A stretch of DNA of 64,000 nucleotides from Zootoca vivipara (GCF_963506605.1 NC_083278.1:59892001-59956000); one strand, 5' to 3'; positions 25,950-39,885 are shown, counted from the stretch's first letter. Notes: generated by a model not told the origin, from the sequence alone. Numbers and translations are program-made.

Positions 25950-26457
25950 CAAAACTTTTGGGAATTATAGGGACTACCTGAATTGTATAGAAATTTATTT
26001 ATGTATGCTACTACAGCAGCAAGAATGTTACTTGCCCCAACATGGAAAGAAACAGAAGTCCCAGTAAAGGAAGAATGGATACAAAATGTAGGGAATATGC
26101 AGAAATGGTGAAACTTACCGGAAGAATAAGGAACCAAGATAACAAACTTTTTATAAAAGAATGGAAATGGTTTATTGAATATTTACAGATAAATTGTAAA
26201 CAGATAAAAACATTAGCAGGATTATTGTAATAACCTGCAGTTTTATAAGAGTATTTACTTACAGTAGATAATTAAATGTGCAAGTTAAATGAATTTGGAT
26301 ATGCAGAAGATGTTAAAAAATATATTTAAGGAACCACAGAAAGAGGAGGAAGGAAGTCAAATTTTGAAATCTCAAATGGATGGTAAAACTACTGAAATGT
26401 ATAAATTTGAAAAGCATAAATAAAAAACTTCAAAAAGAGAGAGAAAATAAATAAAAC
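25950..26457 (+). mobile_element. L1 LINE 3' fragment
   Basis: Frameshifted LLGII...YRNLFMYATTAARMLLAPTWKETEVP.KEEW...EYAEMVKLT...KEWKWFIEYL, followed by an AT-rich 3' UTR, AATAAA and an A-rich tail. Confidence 0.75.
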
Positions 26458-27889
26458 TGACTGTAGTCAATAGGCTTCAGGTTCCCAGATGCATATTGTT
26501 GTTGGTTGTCGAAGTAACTGCGGTTGGTGTGGGAAGCAGCAGCAATTGCTTTCTAGAAAATCCAGCGCCGGACCATTAAAAACAACCCACATGTAGATTA
26601 TTACCTCAGCTTGATTGCTAATAATGCTCACCAGAGCCTTTGATTGACTGCCAGTGATGCCCTCACCACAAGCAGCTACTGGCAAGCCAAGCGGCTGGTG
26701 GTGGTGCCAAACAAAGGCTCTGATTGGCATTTCTGGCAGCCATTCAGCGCAAGAATGTATGACTCAGTGCGTGACCAGATACGGCTTGTGCTCCTGCTGG
26801 TGGAACAATAGTGGCAATAGCTTTGAGAGAGAGAGATGCAGCCCTCTACATTTGCCCTGGATTGTTGTTTTGAAGCCATGGCTTCATGGATCCTCTCCTG
26901 TCTAGAGTTGTAGCTGGTCCCAACTAGATGTGGCTTGCAATTGTGTGTATATTTTCCTCAAACGTCAAGAATTGGAAGGAGGAGGAGGGAAAGACCTTCA
27001 GAGTCTGCAGATTTCAACAGTGAAGTGGTAGGGCAGTGGGAAAGGCACAGAACAGGCTACTTAACCCCCTCCATTCTGTTCTTCTGCTCAAAATCTTAAG
27101 AAAAGAAGCTTTTTCCCCCTACAGGAAGAAAAACAGCTGTGGGGTGGGTGGGGTGGTAGGAGGACAGGAACAGCTGCCCTGATGACTATTTCTTGCCTTG
27201 GCTGTGTACACATTACTGTTTACTCAGTGCTCCCACTGCTGGCTTTGGAATCTGTGTACACACACAGTTACCCATAATGCAGGGCTAGCCCGTAGTTTCT
27301 AGACCAATACCACTGTTCGATGCAGTCCCCCTCGAACCACCTTCAATCCGGAAGGAAAACTTAAGCCACATTCACTCTGCAGTCCAGCTGAGGTGTGTAC
27401 ATTTGAGAAAGCCATTGTGCAGATGGCAGCTACATGAATGGGACTTTGGGGGTGGGTGGGTTTGCAGGGACAGGGGAATCATGCAGATAGCTGCAGATAT
27501 CCCAGACCCCTTTCTGAAAACAGGGAATATTGTGCTGAACAGCCCAGAAGCTTCTGCCATGTGGAAAGAATTGGTATTCAGACTATTCATGCTCCTACAG
27601 GTTTTGTTTTGTTTTGTTTGGCATTGAGTGGGAAGGAGGAGATGGTGGGGGGGGGGAGCATTATGAAGGTGACACAGGTTGGACCTGGAAATGTCCTGCC
27701 ATGCTCCACCACCTCTGCAGGGATAGTATATACTGGGACATGAGAGTAGAAACAATAAAAAAGGGGAACAGGAGGTCTTTCACTGTCTGTTCAATCCAGT
27801 GCTTTCATGAGTGAATGGAAACCAGAAATGGTAGTGACTAGCACCTGTTTTGGAGAAATGGCAGCCCCTTCCTTTTCCATTTGTTTTTT

Positions 27890-28180
27890 TTTTAAAATAT
27901 ATTATTCATATTCCATCTTTCCTCCCAGCATAAATTAAAACGGATACAACTAAAAGCACACAACAAATACAAATATTTTAAAAATAAAATAAACACAGCA
28001 CTGAAAACACTCATCCTTAGAAGTCCCTGCCACAACAGCCACTTAGTGGCCAAAGGCATGTTGGAACAAAAAGTCTTTTGCTGCAGGCGAAATGAAAGCA
28101 ATGCAGAGTGGGGGTGGGGGCTCCACAATGTGGGAGGAGCTACTGAGAAGGACCTCTCTCCTGTCCTCACTAAACATGTC
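27890..28180 (-). mobile_element. Old L2 LINE 3' fragment
   Basis: Minus-strand translation includes GERSFSVAPPTLW...SFRLQQKTF. Confidence 0.6.
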
Positions 28181-28223
28181 TTCCCCTGATCATGCTCAAG
28201 GGGGATCATGATCAAGGGGGAAG

Positions 28224-28415
28224 GGGATGTGCAGAGTAGGGACAGAGCATCTGCTCTGCTTGCAGAAGGTCCCAGGTTACATTCCTGGCATCTCCAGGTA
28301 GAGTTGGGAAGGACGCCCACCTCAAAGCCCAGAGAGCTGCTTCCAGTCAGTGTGGACAATGCTGAGCTAGATGGACCAGTGGTCTGACTCAGTAGAAGGG
28401 AACTTCTTATGTCTC
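28224..28415 (+). mobile_element. tRNA(Ala)-derived SINE with CR1-like tail (Squam2-like)
   Basis: 'agagcatctgctctgcttgcagaaggtcccaggttacattcctggcatctcca' tRNA head and 'gagctagatggaccagtggtctgactcagta' tail. Confidence 0.7.
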
Positions 28416-28472
28416 TATGCTAATGATCTGATAGGGCTGTTAGTGCCCTACATTTAGTTTTGAAACTGTAAT

Positions 28473-28602
28473 NNNNNNNNNNNNNNNNNNNNNNNNNNNN
28501 NNNNNNNNNNNNNNNNNNNNNNNNNNNNNNNNNNNNNNNNNNNNNNNNNNNNNNNNNNNNNNNNNNNNNNNNNNNNNNNNNNNNNNNNNNNNNNNNNNNN
28601 NN
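28473..28602. other. Assembly gap (130 N)
   Basis: Run of N bases. Confidence 1.
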
Positions 28603-28700
28603 ACAAGATGAATGCCAAGGGATAGCAAAGCAAGAGAAACAAGATGAATGCCAAGGGATAGCAAAGCAAGAGAAACAAGATGAATGCCAAGGGATAGCAA
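28603..28700. repeat. 36-bp minisatellite (~2.7 perfect copies) abutting the gap
   Basis: Unit ACAAGATGAATGCCAAGGGATAGCAAAGCAAGAGAA. Confidence 0.95.
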
Positions 28701-31700
28701 TGAAACCCTCATGCTGTAAGAAAGGAGTGACAAATACAAAGGGAACTACAACATTCCCAGCATAGCATTGGAGAGGCTTGAAATTTCTGGCTAACGTTAG
28801 ATTCTGAGCAGTGTAATTAATATGGAATTGAAGAATACCACAGATGTTTAAAATTATTTTTCTACTGACTCAGTATCCTGCACATTTACAAATTGCAGGC
28901 TGTGGGTTAATAGCCCGCAAAGTTCATTGCCCAACGGGCCTTGCTCCTAACGTGGTCTCCTTGCAACGTGCTCTTGGAATCAGGCTGCTTCCACCAATCA
29001 GGCTGTAGAAAAGGTTTGAAGCAAAATAAAATGAAACGCCTCTCTGGCCTGACATTATTTTGCACACTCCCCGCAATTGGTTCCCATCCATGGAAACCAA
29101 ACACAGAAAATTAAAAAAACAAAGCGCAATCTATATAAAAAGGAAGGTTGGAAGGCTGTGCCACATTGCTGCATATAGGTGGGCTTTTTTTGGGTGGGAT
29201 TCAGGCTTACGGTGGGAGGGGCTGCTGCAATGCAAGTGACTTATAATTTTCTTCAGAGACAAAGTTGTAAAACTGCCAAAGAATAGGTTATTAAAGTGCT
29301 TAACGATTAGAGGCAACGTATACTGCTGAAACTCTTAAGTTCTCAAGCATGCCAAAAGTCACAGCAGGGAAGCCCATTATCCCTAATAGCAAGGAATGGT
29401 TGCAGTTGTTCAGTGGTGCTGCAGAGTGCTTTGTACATGCTCAAATGCACTCTTTCTTAGCACTGCTCATTTGGTGATGGCGGTATAGATTTTAAAATTT
29501 TTTTTATTGCAAATTAAGTGAAGTACACCAATAATTGAATTGCCATTTTGGAGGGCCTTGCACCTGAAATGGTCTTTCCTGAAGTTGGGAACAGAGAGGG
29601 CAAGCTAGATTTTCCTCTCTCACCTTTCCTGGTACTAGCACTGTTTTATTCCAGTTCATTCAAAACATAAGATGAGTCAGCAGCGGCCTTCCAGATCCCT
29701 AACAAAGGAACAGAATGCTGTTTGTCATCTAAGCCAGTGAGTACAAATTCCCATATGCATTTATTGTGTTCAATAAATACACCATAAATGGACCATAAAA
29801 CTTCTACTAACCCAACTTGATGGGACAAACAGGGGAGAGAACACTCTCTTCAAGGCTGGAGGAACAATCTAATTTTCTCTTCAGGGTAGACTTAAAGCTT
29901 ACCCATATATTTAGGTTTTTGTTTTATTCCCCCCCCCCAGTGCAATCCCATACATGAAGCCCCATTGAGTTGAGCGGAGGTGAGTGTGTATCATCTTCAG
30001 AAACCCTCCTGGGTTTGCCGTAACCCACAGATGCCTATCTGGCAACAGCTAGGAAGATGGCTTTTTCTGTGGCGGCATCCATACTCTGGAATAGCCCCTG
30101 CCCTTGCCCCCAAATAAGGCATGTACCAACCCTTCAAATGCATGTTGAAGACCTTTTCTTTGCCTTGGCTATGGCTGATGTGTAATAGCTGGCATTGTGG
30201 TTTTAAGTACATCTGGATGCTGGTTGTTTTCTGAGTACTGTTTGTTCACTGCCTGGAGATGCTTGCATGGCAGGCAGTATATCAATGTTTGAAGCACACG
30301 CTACAGAAATAATAGAATTGCAGCCTCAATCATGGCAATGGCAAGTGTGTCCGGCTCTAACATGTAATCCATACTGTACATCATTCCTATTGAGTTTTTG
30401 TAATAGCCGTATCACGTTTTCCTGGATCCTCTGTAATGTGCATCTATGAAACACCAGCACAAGCAAGGAAGAACACTTTCGCTCTTGGCCCAGTGCAGGC
30501 ATAACACTTTTGATTGCTTAACCATTTGCTTAAACTATGTGGACACAGTGATTCCAGCTGTTTCACCCCCTAACTCCTTAACTATGGTTAAGCATTATGT
30601 TGACAACGATATTAACTGCAGTTAAAGGTCACTGGGGTGTGTGCTTAACCAGGACTGGAAATCACTTTGCATCCCCAACTTCATGTCCTGGTTTAAGTGT
30701 TAACTGCTGTTTTGTTCAGTTGCAGAACTGCTGCAAGGACAAAGAGCACTATCCTATAGCCCATTCCCAACAGCTGAGCTAAGGCTTGATAAGAAAACTG
30801 AAACCCAGGGAAATTTAGTGCCTCTTGTAAAAACAGCGCACATGTATCACCTCTAAGATGTTACAACTATCTCCTTGGCAGTCATCCCAAGTTGAAAGAG
30901 CATGATTCCTTAAATTAATAATATATCCCTTGTATTGAATTCGGGAGTTGTTTCATGTTCCTCTAATTGATGCTGTCTTTCTCTGCCTCCTCCCTTCAGA
31001 ATTAAAAACATTCCTTGTCCTAATGAGTTGAAAGCCTTAGCATCACATTGTGGCTCCTTTCAGTGGTGATCTACATAGTTTGAATGCAAGTTAAAATAGA
31101 GGGTTTCCAAAAATAGTCGAGACATAAAAATAGTTCCAGCTTTGTGTTTGATAATTGGGAACTGAGATCTGTTTGATCATTCGCTCAGCAGTTTCCGCTT
31201 GTTAGTGCCAAATGTGGATTTAGTAACTTTAATGTGATCATGGGTACATGGTTTGTGCAATTAGTGTAGGCTCTTCCCTCCTTCGTTTTGCTTTTTAATC
31301 TCATTTTAAGCCCTTCAAGTTCTGTTTCCCAGAGTGCACATTGTTACTCGGAGATCTTCCTGAGAACATCACCCACTGAAGTCTGGGTCATGCCCTTCTT
31401 TTAACTCCCACTTACCTACACACTGCGGAGTGCATTATTACTATGCCCTATTAGTTACTTTGACATCTTGTTCCGATTTCTAATTGAGGCTTTTCAGTGC
31501 TTTCATGTCACGAAATATCTCTACAGTTTCAAACAAACGTAAATAAATAATGGTATTTATAAATCCTGGGCTGCCGTTCCGTAAACAATTATTCATATTT
31601 CAGCCCATTAACTTCAGGGGGACTTAACCACACATTAGAATATGAAGGATCACGGCACTTGTGCATTATACTTTCAACAAGCTCAGGGAATTGGAGGGGG

Positions 31701-31860
31701 CAAGAGCTCCACTATGCTACAACCTGCTTTTGATTCAGTTCACTGTGTTATGCTCTTTCTCATGTTGGTAGAATAAACAGCCACTCAAACCACAATTCAC
31801 TCGCATTTTAAGAAATAAAGGCTCAGATTCACGCAGACATTTAATAACAGGCTTAGCTGA

Positions 31861-32706
31861 ATAAATAATAATAATAATAAAAATAAATTTTATACCCCGC
31901 CCATCTGGTTGGGTTTCCCCCGCCACTCAGGGTGGCTCCCAACAGAATATTAAAAACACGATAAAACATCAAACAATAAAATGTCCCTAAACAGGGTTGC
32001 CTTCAGATGTCTTCTAAAAGTCAGATAGTTGTTTATTTCCTTGATGAGAGGGTGTTCCACTACCGAGAAGGCCCTCTGCCTGGTTCCCTGTAACCTCACT
32101 TCTCACAGTGAGGGAACCACCAGAAGGCCCACAGAGCTGGACCTCAGTATCCAGGCTGAATGATGGGGGTGGAGACACTCCTTCGGGTATACTGGGCTGA
32201 GGCCATTTAGGGCTTTAAAGGTCAGCACCAACACTTTGAATTGTGCTCGGAAACATACTGGGAGCCAATGTCGTTTTTTCAGGAATGGTGTTATATGGTC
32301 CTGGAGGCCACTCCCAGTCTAGCTGCCTCAGTTCTGGATTAATTGTAGTTTCCGGGTCACCTTCAAAGGTAGCCCCACGTAGAGCGCATTGCAGTAGTCC
32401 AAGCGGGAGATAACTAGAGCATGCACCACTCTGGTGAGACAGTCTGCAGGCAGGTAGGGTCTCAGCCTGCATACCAGATGGAGCTGGTAGACAGCTGCCC
32501 CGGACACAGAATTGACTTGTGCCTCCATGGACAGCTGTGAGTTCAAAATGACTCCCAGGCTGCGCACCTGGTCCTTCAGGGACACAGTTACTCCATTCAG
32601 GACCAGGGAGTCCCCCACCCCCTGTTCCCCCCCAAACAGTACTTCTATCTTGCCAGGATTCAACCTCAATCTGTTAGCTGCCACGCATCCTCCAACCGCC
32701 TCCAGA
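31861..32706 (-). mobile_element. L2 LINE, 5'-truncated, with decayed RT C-terminal coding sequence
   Basis: ORF 32328-32759 reads NRLRLNPGKIEVL...VRSLGVILNSQLSMEAQV...HALVISRLDYCNALYVGLP..TRKLQLIQN, a canonical L2 ORF2 segment; (TTA)n tail at 31861. Confidence 0.92.
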
Positions 32707-35689
32707 CCTGTAGACCATTGTCCAAAGGACCCACCCCTGGCCACACTCACCCCAGGCATGTGGCTCTAAGAAGGTTGACTATGAGGGAATGTGGCCCTCA
32801 GGCTGGACAAGGTTCCTGACCCCTGCTCTAAGGCCATAGTGATATGCCATGTCCGGTTTCTCATTTTACAGTGAAAATTATGGAAGCAGTACTGGACAAA
32901 AGGCGATGCTCTTTCTGTCAATGAGCACCGGAACCAGGGGACTGGGGAGGAAACAAATTGTGCTTGTAGGATGGCTTGTGGTTTAACTTAATTATTCTTT
33001 GAAAAAGGAGTAACAGGGATCAACCATATCTCTTTGTAGCCATTGGGAAAACAGGATGTGGTTATCAACATATAAATGCACATATTATGAGGCAGATGCT
33101 ACATCTGTTAGAAGTTTAAGAGTGTTGAATGACTTCATCTGCAAAGTAATCATCCCATCAAATTCTGAGGGGGTGAACACAGAATCCATTAGTTAAGAGT
33201 TGAGCTAGTGTTTGACATTTCAGTAGGTGAGGTAAACATGATGCTCCTCCCCTAATCCACAGAAATCTGGATCTTGTATGTGTAGATAGAACTACTCTTG
33301 TCCATTGTCTATGACTTGCCTATGAACAGATTTTCAGCAATGGCAATAAGACCTCAAGGAGGAAATTTTGATAAAAATTATCCTTCATTGTATACTTTCA
33401 TCATAGACTATTAAAATAGGGTGAGGATTGTCAGAATGAACCAAACTAAACAAAGCTATCAAAGTAAAAGGGCAAAAGCTTATTCCACCATATCTGAAAA
33501 CAACAAGACCAGGTGAGGGTTCTTTTCCTAAGCAAGAAACGCAAGATGAGACCCTACCTTCCACCCTATACTCGCCATATACTCTACCTTCATTCTGTTT
33601 ACAGACCAATATCCAATGTTAATCATACTCAGAGCAGACCTATTGAAATCAATGGAGTTAGTTGAATTTCAATAATAGAACACAAAATCAATATGCACAT
33701 TGTTTCTTTGAACTTTCCAATTTCCTCTATCACATTATTTGATCTCTAGAATTCACATTAAACCTCTCTCTCTCTGACACACTGCAATGCCTCACTCAGC
33801 TTTAGCTCCCAGCTTTGCTGAATTTCAAGTGTTTTACCTGCATTGTTTTATTTCTGTTGTATAAAGGAAAATGCATAACCGTGATGTCAATTAAGTAAGT
33901 AAAGCATTTTTAAAACTTACTTCAGAGTGTGGTCTACTTCATTGCATGAGAGTAGAGTGGGAGGTCAGCCACTTCCACAGCTGAACAGAATGAAAGAAGG
34001 TTTAATAGCCCAGTCCTATGCTTCATTAATCTTCTTAATGATTGTACTTAGTACTCTGCTACTGGGGCTCTTTGTGTGGTAGCCCCGTGTGCTTTAAAAA
34101 CAGGCACCAGCTGTTTTTTCCTTTGTTTGTTAACCCACACATGTGGATCTGTAGAAGATTAAATATAATTAATATATCCTCTTACTAATTCCCATCAGTT
34201 TGCTGGGGCATCTTAGGGCAAGAGAAGGCTATTGTATCTACTGAATCTAAAGCCTTCCCAACCAAGCCCCTGGAACACTTCCCTTTTACCCTTTCCACTA
34301 TTGGAATCAGAGACCTGGAGATTTTGAAGACAGAATGAGGAGTCTCCATTGGTGAACCTCCTGTTCTGTCTGTAGAAAGGGAGATATGCAAAACCTTCTG
34401 GCACCTGGGACCATAAGCCCCCGGGGACCATAAGATTACACTGTAAGTAATTAAAAGAGGAGTGCATGGGATGTTAGGGAAGGGGTAGTACCTCTGTTTG
34501 GGGATAATCATAATATTCTAATTTTTAAGGACCACAGATATGAAGTGACTGAAAATAAAATGTATTTAGGCTGTTTAATATTGCTATCTGGTGCTGGGAC
34601 AGAATACGTCTTCTTCCAAAAGTTCCTGCATTGTACAGATTTCACTATTTGTTGCTGGAAGTCTCTTTAAGTGATTAAACTAATGCACTACAAAGAATAA
34701 AATGGTCCTGATGTGATCTTCTTCTCAGTAGAATGAGCTATTCACTATATGGAGTAATACTGGGGGATTTACTAAATTAAAAACCTATTTTTAACCACAA
34801 TTTTCTCTGTGAGCACCAAGCCTTCTGTAATTAATATGAAAATGCGACCATATTCCTGTCTGAGTAATGTTTATCTAATAGTATATGCAGATTTTTTGCT
34901 AAAAAGCAATGAACATGCTATGTTTCAAATGTTTCTATTGCAGCGGCTATGTATGTTCAAGGCTGAAGTGCTTTGTTCTAAGACCTGGTACTTCTACACA
35001 CTGTTATAGTATTCCTACAGATACCTACAGAGGGTTTTCACAAATATTTTAATTTTTAAACTTGTTTATCTCGCTTAGGCTTTGACAGTCTATGTTTTTG
35101 CCCTTTCATGCCACCATCCCTGCCGCTACAGCAATTTTCCAAATCATTAATTTTCAGTGGCCAGGCTTCAATTAGCCTAATCAGACATTGATTAGATTTC
35201 TTGAAATCTTGATGTTTATTTGCCACCTTGCCTATAGGCTTTCCCCCAGTTGTTCACTTATGGGATCTTGGGTTTATTACTCTCCATTAACATAATTCAA
35301 TGAGAGGTTCCTTTCCCCATTCTGATAGCCATTAATGACAGCAATAGACCTTTTAAAGCATCACGTTGTCTAATGCTACTCAAGCTATTTTTCTGAATAG
35401 GAATCCTGAATTCCTGAACAGTTCATGAAAAGCCATTACTGATGCAATTCTCAATGCGCATGAGATAGGCTTCTGAAATAGATTATATGGAAATTGTAAT
35501 ATTGGGGACGGTACCATTTTCTGGACAGACCTGTGATCAGGACTCCAGATTTCTTTAAGGTTCTGTTTGTGGGTCAACTCCAGTGATTTTGCATAGTGGC
35601 TAATCCCTATGGAATATTTCTGCAAGCAGGTGAACAGTTGATTGCTTTAAAATAATCTATCAATGAATGTGAAATGTAACAATAGAAGT

Positions 35690-35850
35690 AGGGAGAAGTG
35701 AATCTGTCAGTTTCAGTTTCTCTTGAGTTTCCCCTTCAGCTCTTTGCATTTCCACATCAGTTTGTTTTCATGAAAATTCACAAACATTTCAGAGTGAATT
35801 TCACCTAATATTCAGGTGTTTGTTTGCAATTGTGCCTAACATATACATTT
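35690..35850. mobile_element. Old interspersed repeat, same family as 15745
   Basis: Pairwise similarity to 15745-15910 seen by eye. Confidence 0.5.
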
Positions 35851-38189
35851 CACTAATAGAATTGAGTTTGTCCCCCATTCTTCACAAAAAAGTGGCCCTC
35901 AGTGTGACAGTGGAACACCTCATGAATCAGTATGTTCAGAATAAGCCTGGCACCATCTTTACTGTCCAGCTTACAAGTAGCATGACTCCAAAGGTGTGAA
36001 GGTGTACTCTCATTTGGGTGGAAGTGTGTGTGTGTGTGTGATGTAGCCCTGTCTTTAGCTCTATTGTCCACTGGTGCCAGGCATACATGCATTGCTTTAT
36101 AATCCAAATATTTAAAATAAAGCAGCCTGCCCCTTTATTTAATCAAAAGTCATTTGAAAACAAAACTGGCTGTTTCTCAAAAGTTGTCCACATGTGGGAT
36201 TTTAGGACTGGCCCTTAGATTCCTAAGAAACATCTGGTGCTTCATTTTTACAACAGGTAATCTTCATTTATTGGACTCAGCCTTAAGAGGAATATTAACA
36301 ATCAGATATCATAAGGAGATAAAGGCAATATTTGTTCAACATGAGGTCTGGATTTCAGAGCCTCATATGGTGTTGAACCTGTTTTTCATTGGCTGTAAAT
36401 GGACAATTGTGAACTTCTCTGATCTTCTTAACATAAACTGGGAAGATGAAACTGATTTTTTTAAAGGGGAAAATAATGAAACGTTTACATTACATGTTGT
36501 CCAGCAAATCATTGCAAATAATAAAAAGGGTTTTAAACATATCAAAAGTTCCACAACATAGGCTGTCTCTGGGTGTTCCATATTCTGATCTGTATTTCCA
36601 AGTTGTATCATGTATCCATGGCTTGGACACTTGATAGGCACATTCCCCAATACCTAGTGGGGATTATGCATAAATGCTGAGAATGAACAACGTTCAGTTA
36701 ATATAGGCAGATATCCCATAGCCTATTGGATGTTATGTATATTGACCAGGAAATGTTCACAATTCCCTCATGATGGAAGGATTAGTGAATGTACACAATA
36801 ACTGGTTGTTATGCTCATTGACTTCTCAATTTACATTCCCTGGAAAAGCTTGGCGCATTCTGGATACCACTGCAGGGGAGAAACTCAGCAATGCATTTTG
36901 AATACTGTTTCATTAGCAAGAGAGATGGCTCTGATAAATTGAAAGAGAAGAGATGTTGCATTGGTCAGGAAGAATGGCTAGTCAGAATGATTTCCATTGA
37001 CAGGTCTTCTGTTCAGTCACCCAGTAATCATACATTACTCACATGAAAGGGCAATGGGGGTAGAATGGGACCATGGGGCCATACCTGTACCTCCAGCCCC
37101 AGCCCCCATGCCCAGCCCCTGACCTTGAACCCTTGAACTTATTGGTGTGGACATCCAAGGCAGGGGAAGCTATGTGTGTAGAAATAAGGCAATCCTAGTG
37201 TAGCTCTCTGTGCTCATAGGCTTCCCAGATGATGGGATCCTGATCACACTGAGTTGCATGACCAGGTAAAATCTATGCACATAGGCTCCTCCCCCTCAAG
37301 CATGAACATTAGCATATGGGGTGGGGCGGGGGAATCATGTGTCCTCATCAAAGTGGGGCCAGATGCACAGTCTTGTAGCCCCCTTAACCCACACGGACTC
37401 TTCACGAATGAAGAGGAATTGGAGATTTGTTGGGCGTCTCATGGAGGGGCTTGATTTTGGCAGTGTGTCAGGTTTATGACAATAGTCCAAGAGAATAAAC
37501 CAGTTGCTTGATTTTAGCATCTTAATATCACTTCCCACTGTTTATTAATAGAACTGTAAATGTTAAGCTAGTGAAATCAGTTTGAAAAAGCCACCATCTG
37601 CAGTACAGAAGCTGAATTATCAAACAAATGTTCAAGGCGGTTAATATTCAGTTCTGCACTGATGTCTTCATGAATAACTTCCTCCATATGGTAGCAGTCA
37701 CAGCTATTGATATTGGCGACATTTTTAGAGACAGCCTCATTCTGGCAGGCCACAATAAATGAATGGCACAATCATAACACCTCGGCAATAGTCATAATAA
37801 CTGATTTCTCACATTCAAGTGAAATTTAAGGGCCTGACTGCCACTCCATCATGAATCATGGCACATGGAAGCAAGCCCCATTGATTCCAAGACATGTGTG
37901 TGTATTGGAGAAGCCACTGCTCATGCGGAGAGATTGAGATTTGGAACTGATGCCCACAACATCAAGGGCTATTGACACTACTGGGATACACACCTTAATG
38001 CAGAGTGTCATAAGAATCTGAAATTCTTTTATTATAATTTTATCTAATTCTGTATATCTTTTAACTTATTTTATTGTTATTAACTGTAAACTAAATCGTG
38101 CGTGCCCTTGTTCTTGTTATGTCTATGAGCTTAAAGATGAAATAAAGTGATTGGACCTTAATGCAGGGACCTACAAAAACGTTCTTTGT

Positions 38190-38457
38190 CTGGCTAAATA
38201 TAATCTTGCCACAGTCTCTGGTAACCTCTGTTTGGATTATTGCAATGCATTGTATGTGGGGTTGTCCTAGAAGACAGTCCAAGAAATGTGGTCAGTGGAA
38301 AATGCACCTAGATTATTGGGAATACATCTCTGTATTCTGAAGGCAGCCCTGTTCAGGGAAGTTTTTAATGTGTGACATTTGAATGTATTTTTAATCTTCA
38401 TTGGAAGCTGCCCAGAGTGGCTGGGGAAACCCAGCCAGATGGGCAGGTTACAAATAA

Positions 38458-38500
<43 letters not shown>
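38190..38500 (+). mobile_element. L2 fragments: old RT piece plus a younger 3' tail with (ATT)n
   Basis: 'tggtaacctctgtttggattattgcaatgcattgtatgtggggttg' (LVTS.LDYCNALYVGL), then 'cccagagtggctggggaaacccagccagatgggcagg' followed by (ATT)n. Confidence 0.75.
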
Positions 38501-38501
<1 letters not shown>

Positions 38502-39354
38502 CTCACGGGTGCTTAAAGAACCCCACTAGTTCCTGGTCCTTTTCTCAGCTCAATTCCAGGTGCTGGGACCTGCTTACAAAGGCCTATGCACTTTGGTACC
38601 TGACAATATATTGAGGTCATCTTCATAAGTTCCTCTCTAAGTGCCCCCCTCATCTGACATCAGGCCAACAGTGGGATGTATTTTTGGCTGTGACCCCATC
38701 TTTGGCTCTCTTCGCTCATTGAGGTCCCCCTCAGCACTACACAAAACTCTTTGTATTCTGCCAGGATTAAACCCAGTGCTGGCATTCCACATGTGAAAAG
38801 GCTTTGTACAATAGTATTTGCACAATGTGTTAAAAAGGAAAATAGCAATAACCAAAGAGTACAAATATATGTAGGGTGCAAATTTGTGTTGTATATATTA
38901 CACTGAAGGAAAATCAGCAAGTGCATTGTAAACTTGTCAATGTGGTATCCCTCATACTACCGGAAAAAACTTGTCTCATGGCTTTGCTCCTCTTTTGTAT
39001 CATAGTCCACCACATATTGACCTGGTAGATCAATATGTGGTTGGCCTTGTCTATAGACATAAGACAAAAAGGGCATCCAGACAGCCTCAAAAGAATCTCC
39101 TTTGGCCACACCATAATAGCTGTGTTAGCTATTATGACAATGTCAGGTCATGGACCTTATCTGTCCAGACTTTTATCAAAAGATCAGCATCTTTCAAATT
39201 GAACACTGTTTCCATCCATGCAGTTGTCAACAACATCACCAACTTTCTATGGATTATTATAAAGTCTTCTGCTGTACAGTATTAATTAACATTAGGGTCA
39301 GTACCAGATCAGGGATCGTGATCTGTCCCATAATGGCAGATTTCCGCAAAGGTC

Positions 39355-39885
39355 TGTCATGCCTCAGCCATAGAAATCCTCACAAGAGAATGATCAGGAG
39401 GCTTGGCGAAGCCCGCGTCAGGCTCCATTTGAGGGGTGAAGAGCTAGGATACTGAAATAAGGCTGAGGAGGGTCTGTCTGCACTGAGGGTGAGTTCAGCT
39501 TCTGACACGGAATCTGAATCAGTCCCTAGCCCAAGGGAAAGGCAGTATCTTAGATGCCTGATGGAAATCTGACCCATCTGGAGAAATTCCCGACTACAGG
39601 CAAGGAACTCAGGAGTAAAGGTCTCTTTGGGAGTAAGAAGATGTAGTTGATAGGAATCAGTTGAGACTCCAGCTCAAAGACCCAGTACCAGGCTAGAAGA
39701 TCTGCTAGAACAATGTCTATGTGTGCTCTGCTGCTACTGAGGCTCTGTCCTATGCCAAAACAGATCCTGCCTCCTGCCTGACCCCTGTGAACTCTGCTTG
39801 CTTGGTCTCAGTTTCTGGCTTTGCCTCTTGTCTGACCTTGTGTTAGGGACCCCGCTTGCTTGGCCTTGGACCAGTCCTGGATAAT
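39355..39885. mobile_element. Possible solo LTR (Gypsy-like)
   Basis: Starts TGTCATG, GC-richer than its flanks, with a pyrimidine-rich U5-like 3' part ('cctgcctcctgcctgacccctg...cttgcttggccttggacc'). No TSD verified. Confidence 0.3.

Noticed and set aside
28603-28700. 36-bp direct repeats as a CRISPR array
   Set aside because: The units are head-to-tail with no spacers, and the genome is eukaryotic.
28440-28739. ORF with 12-aa repeats
   Set aside because: Translation of the 36-bp minisatellite plus the N gap.
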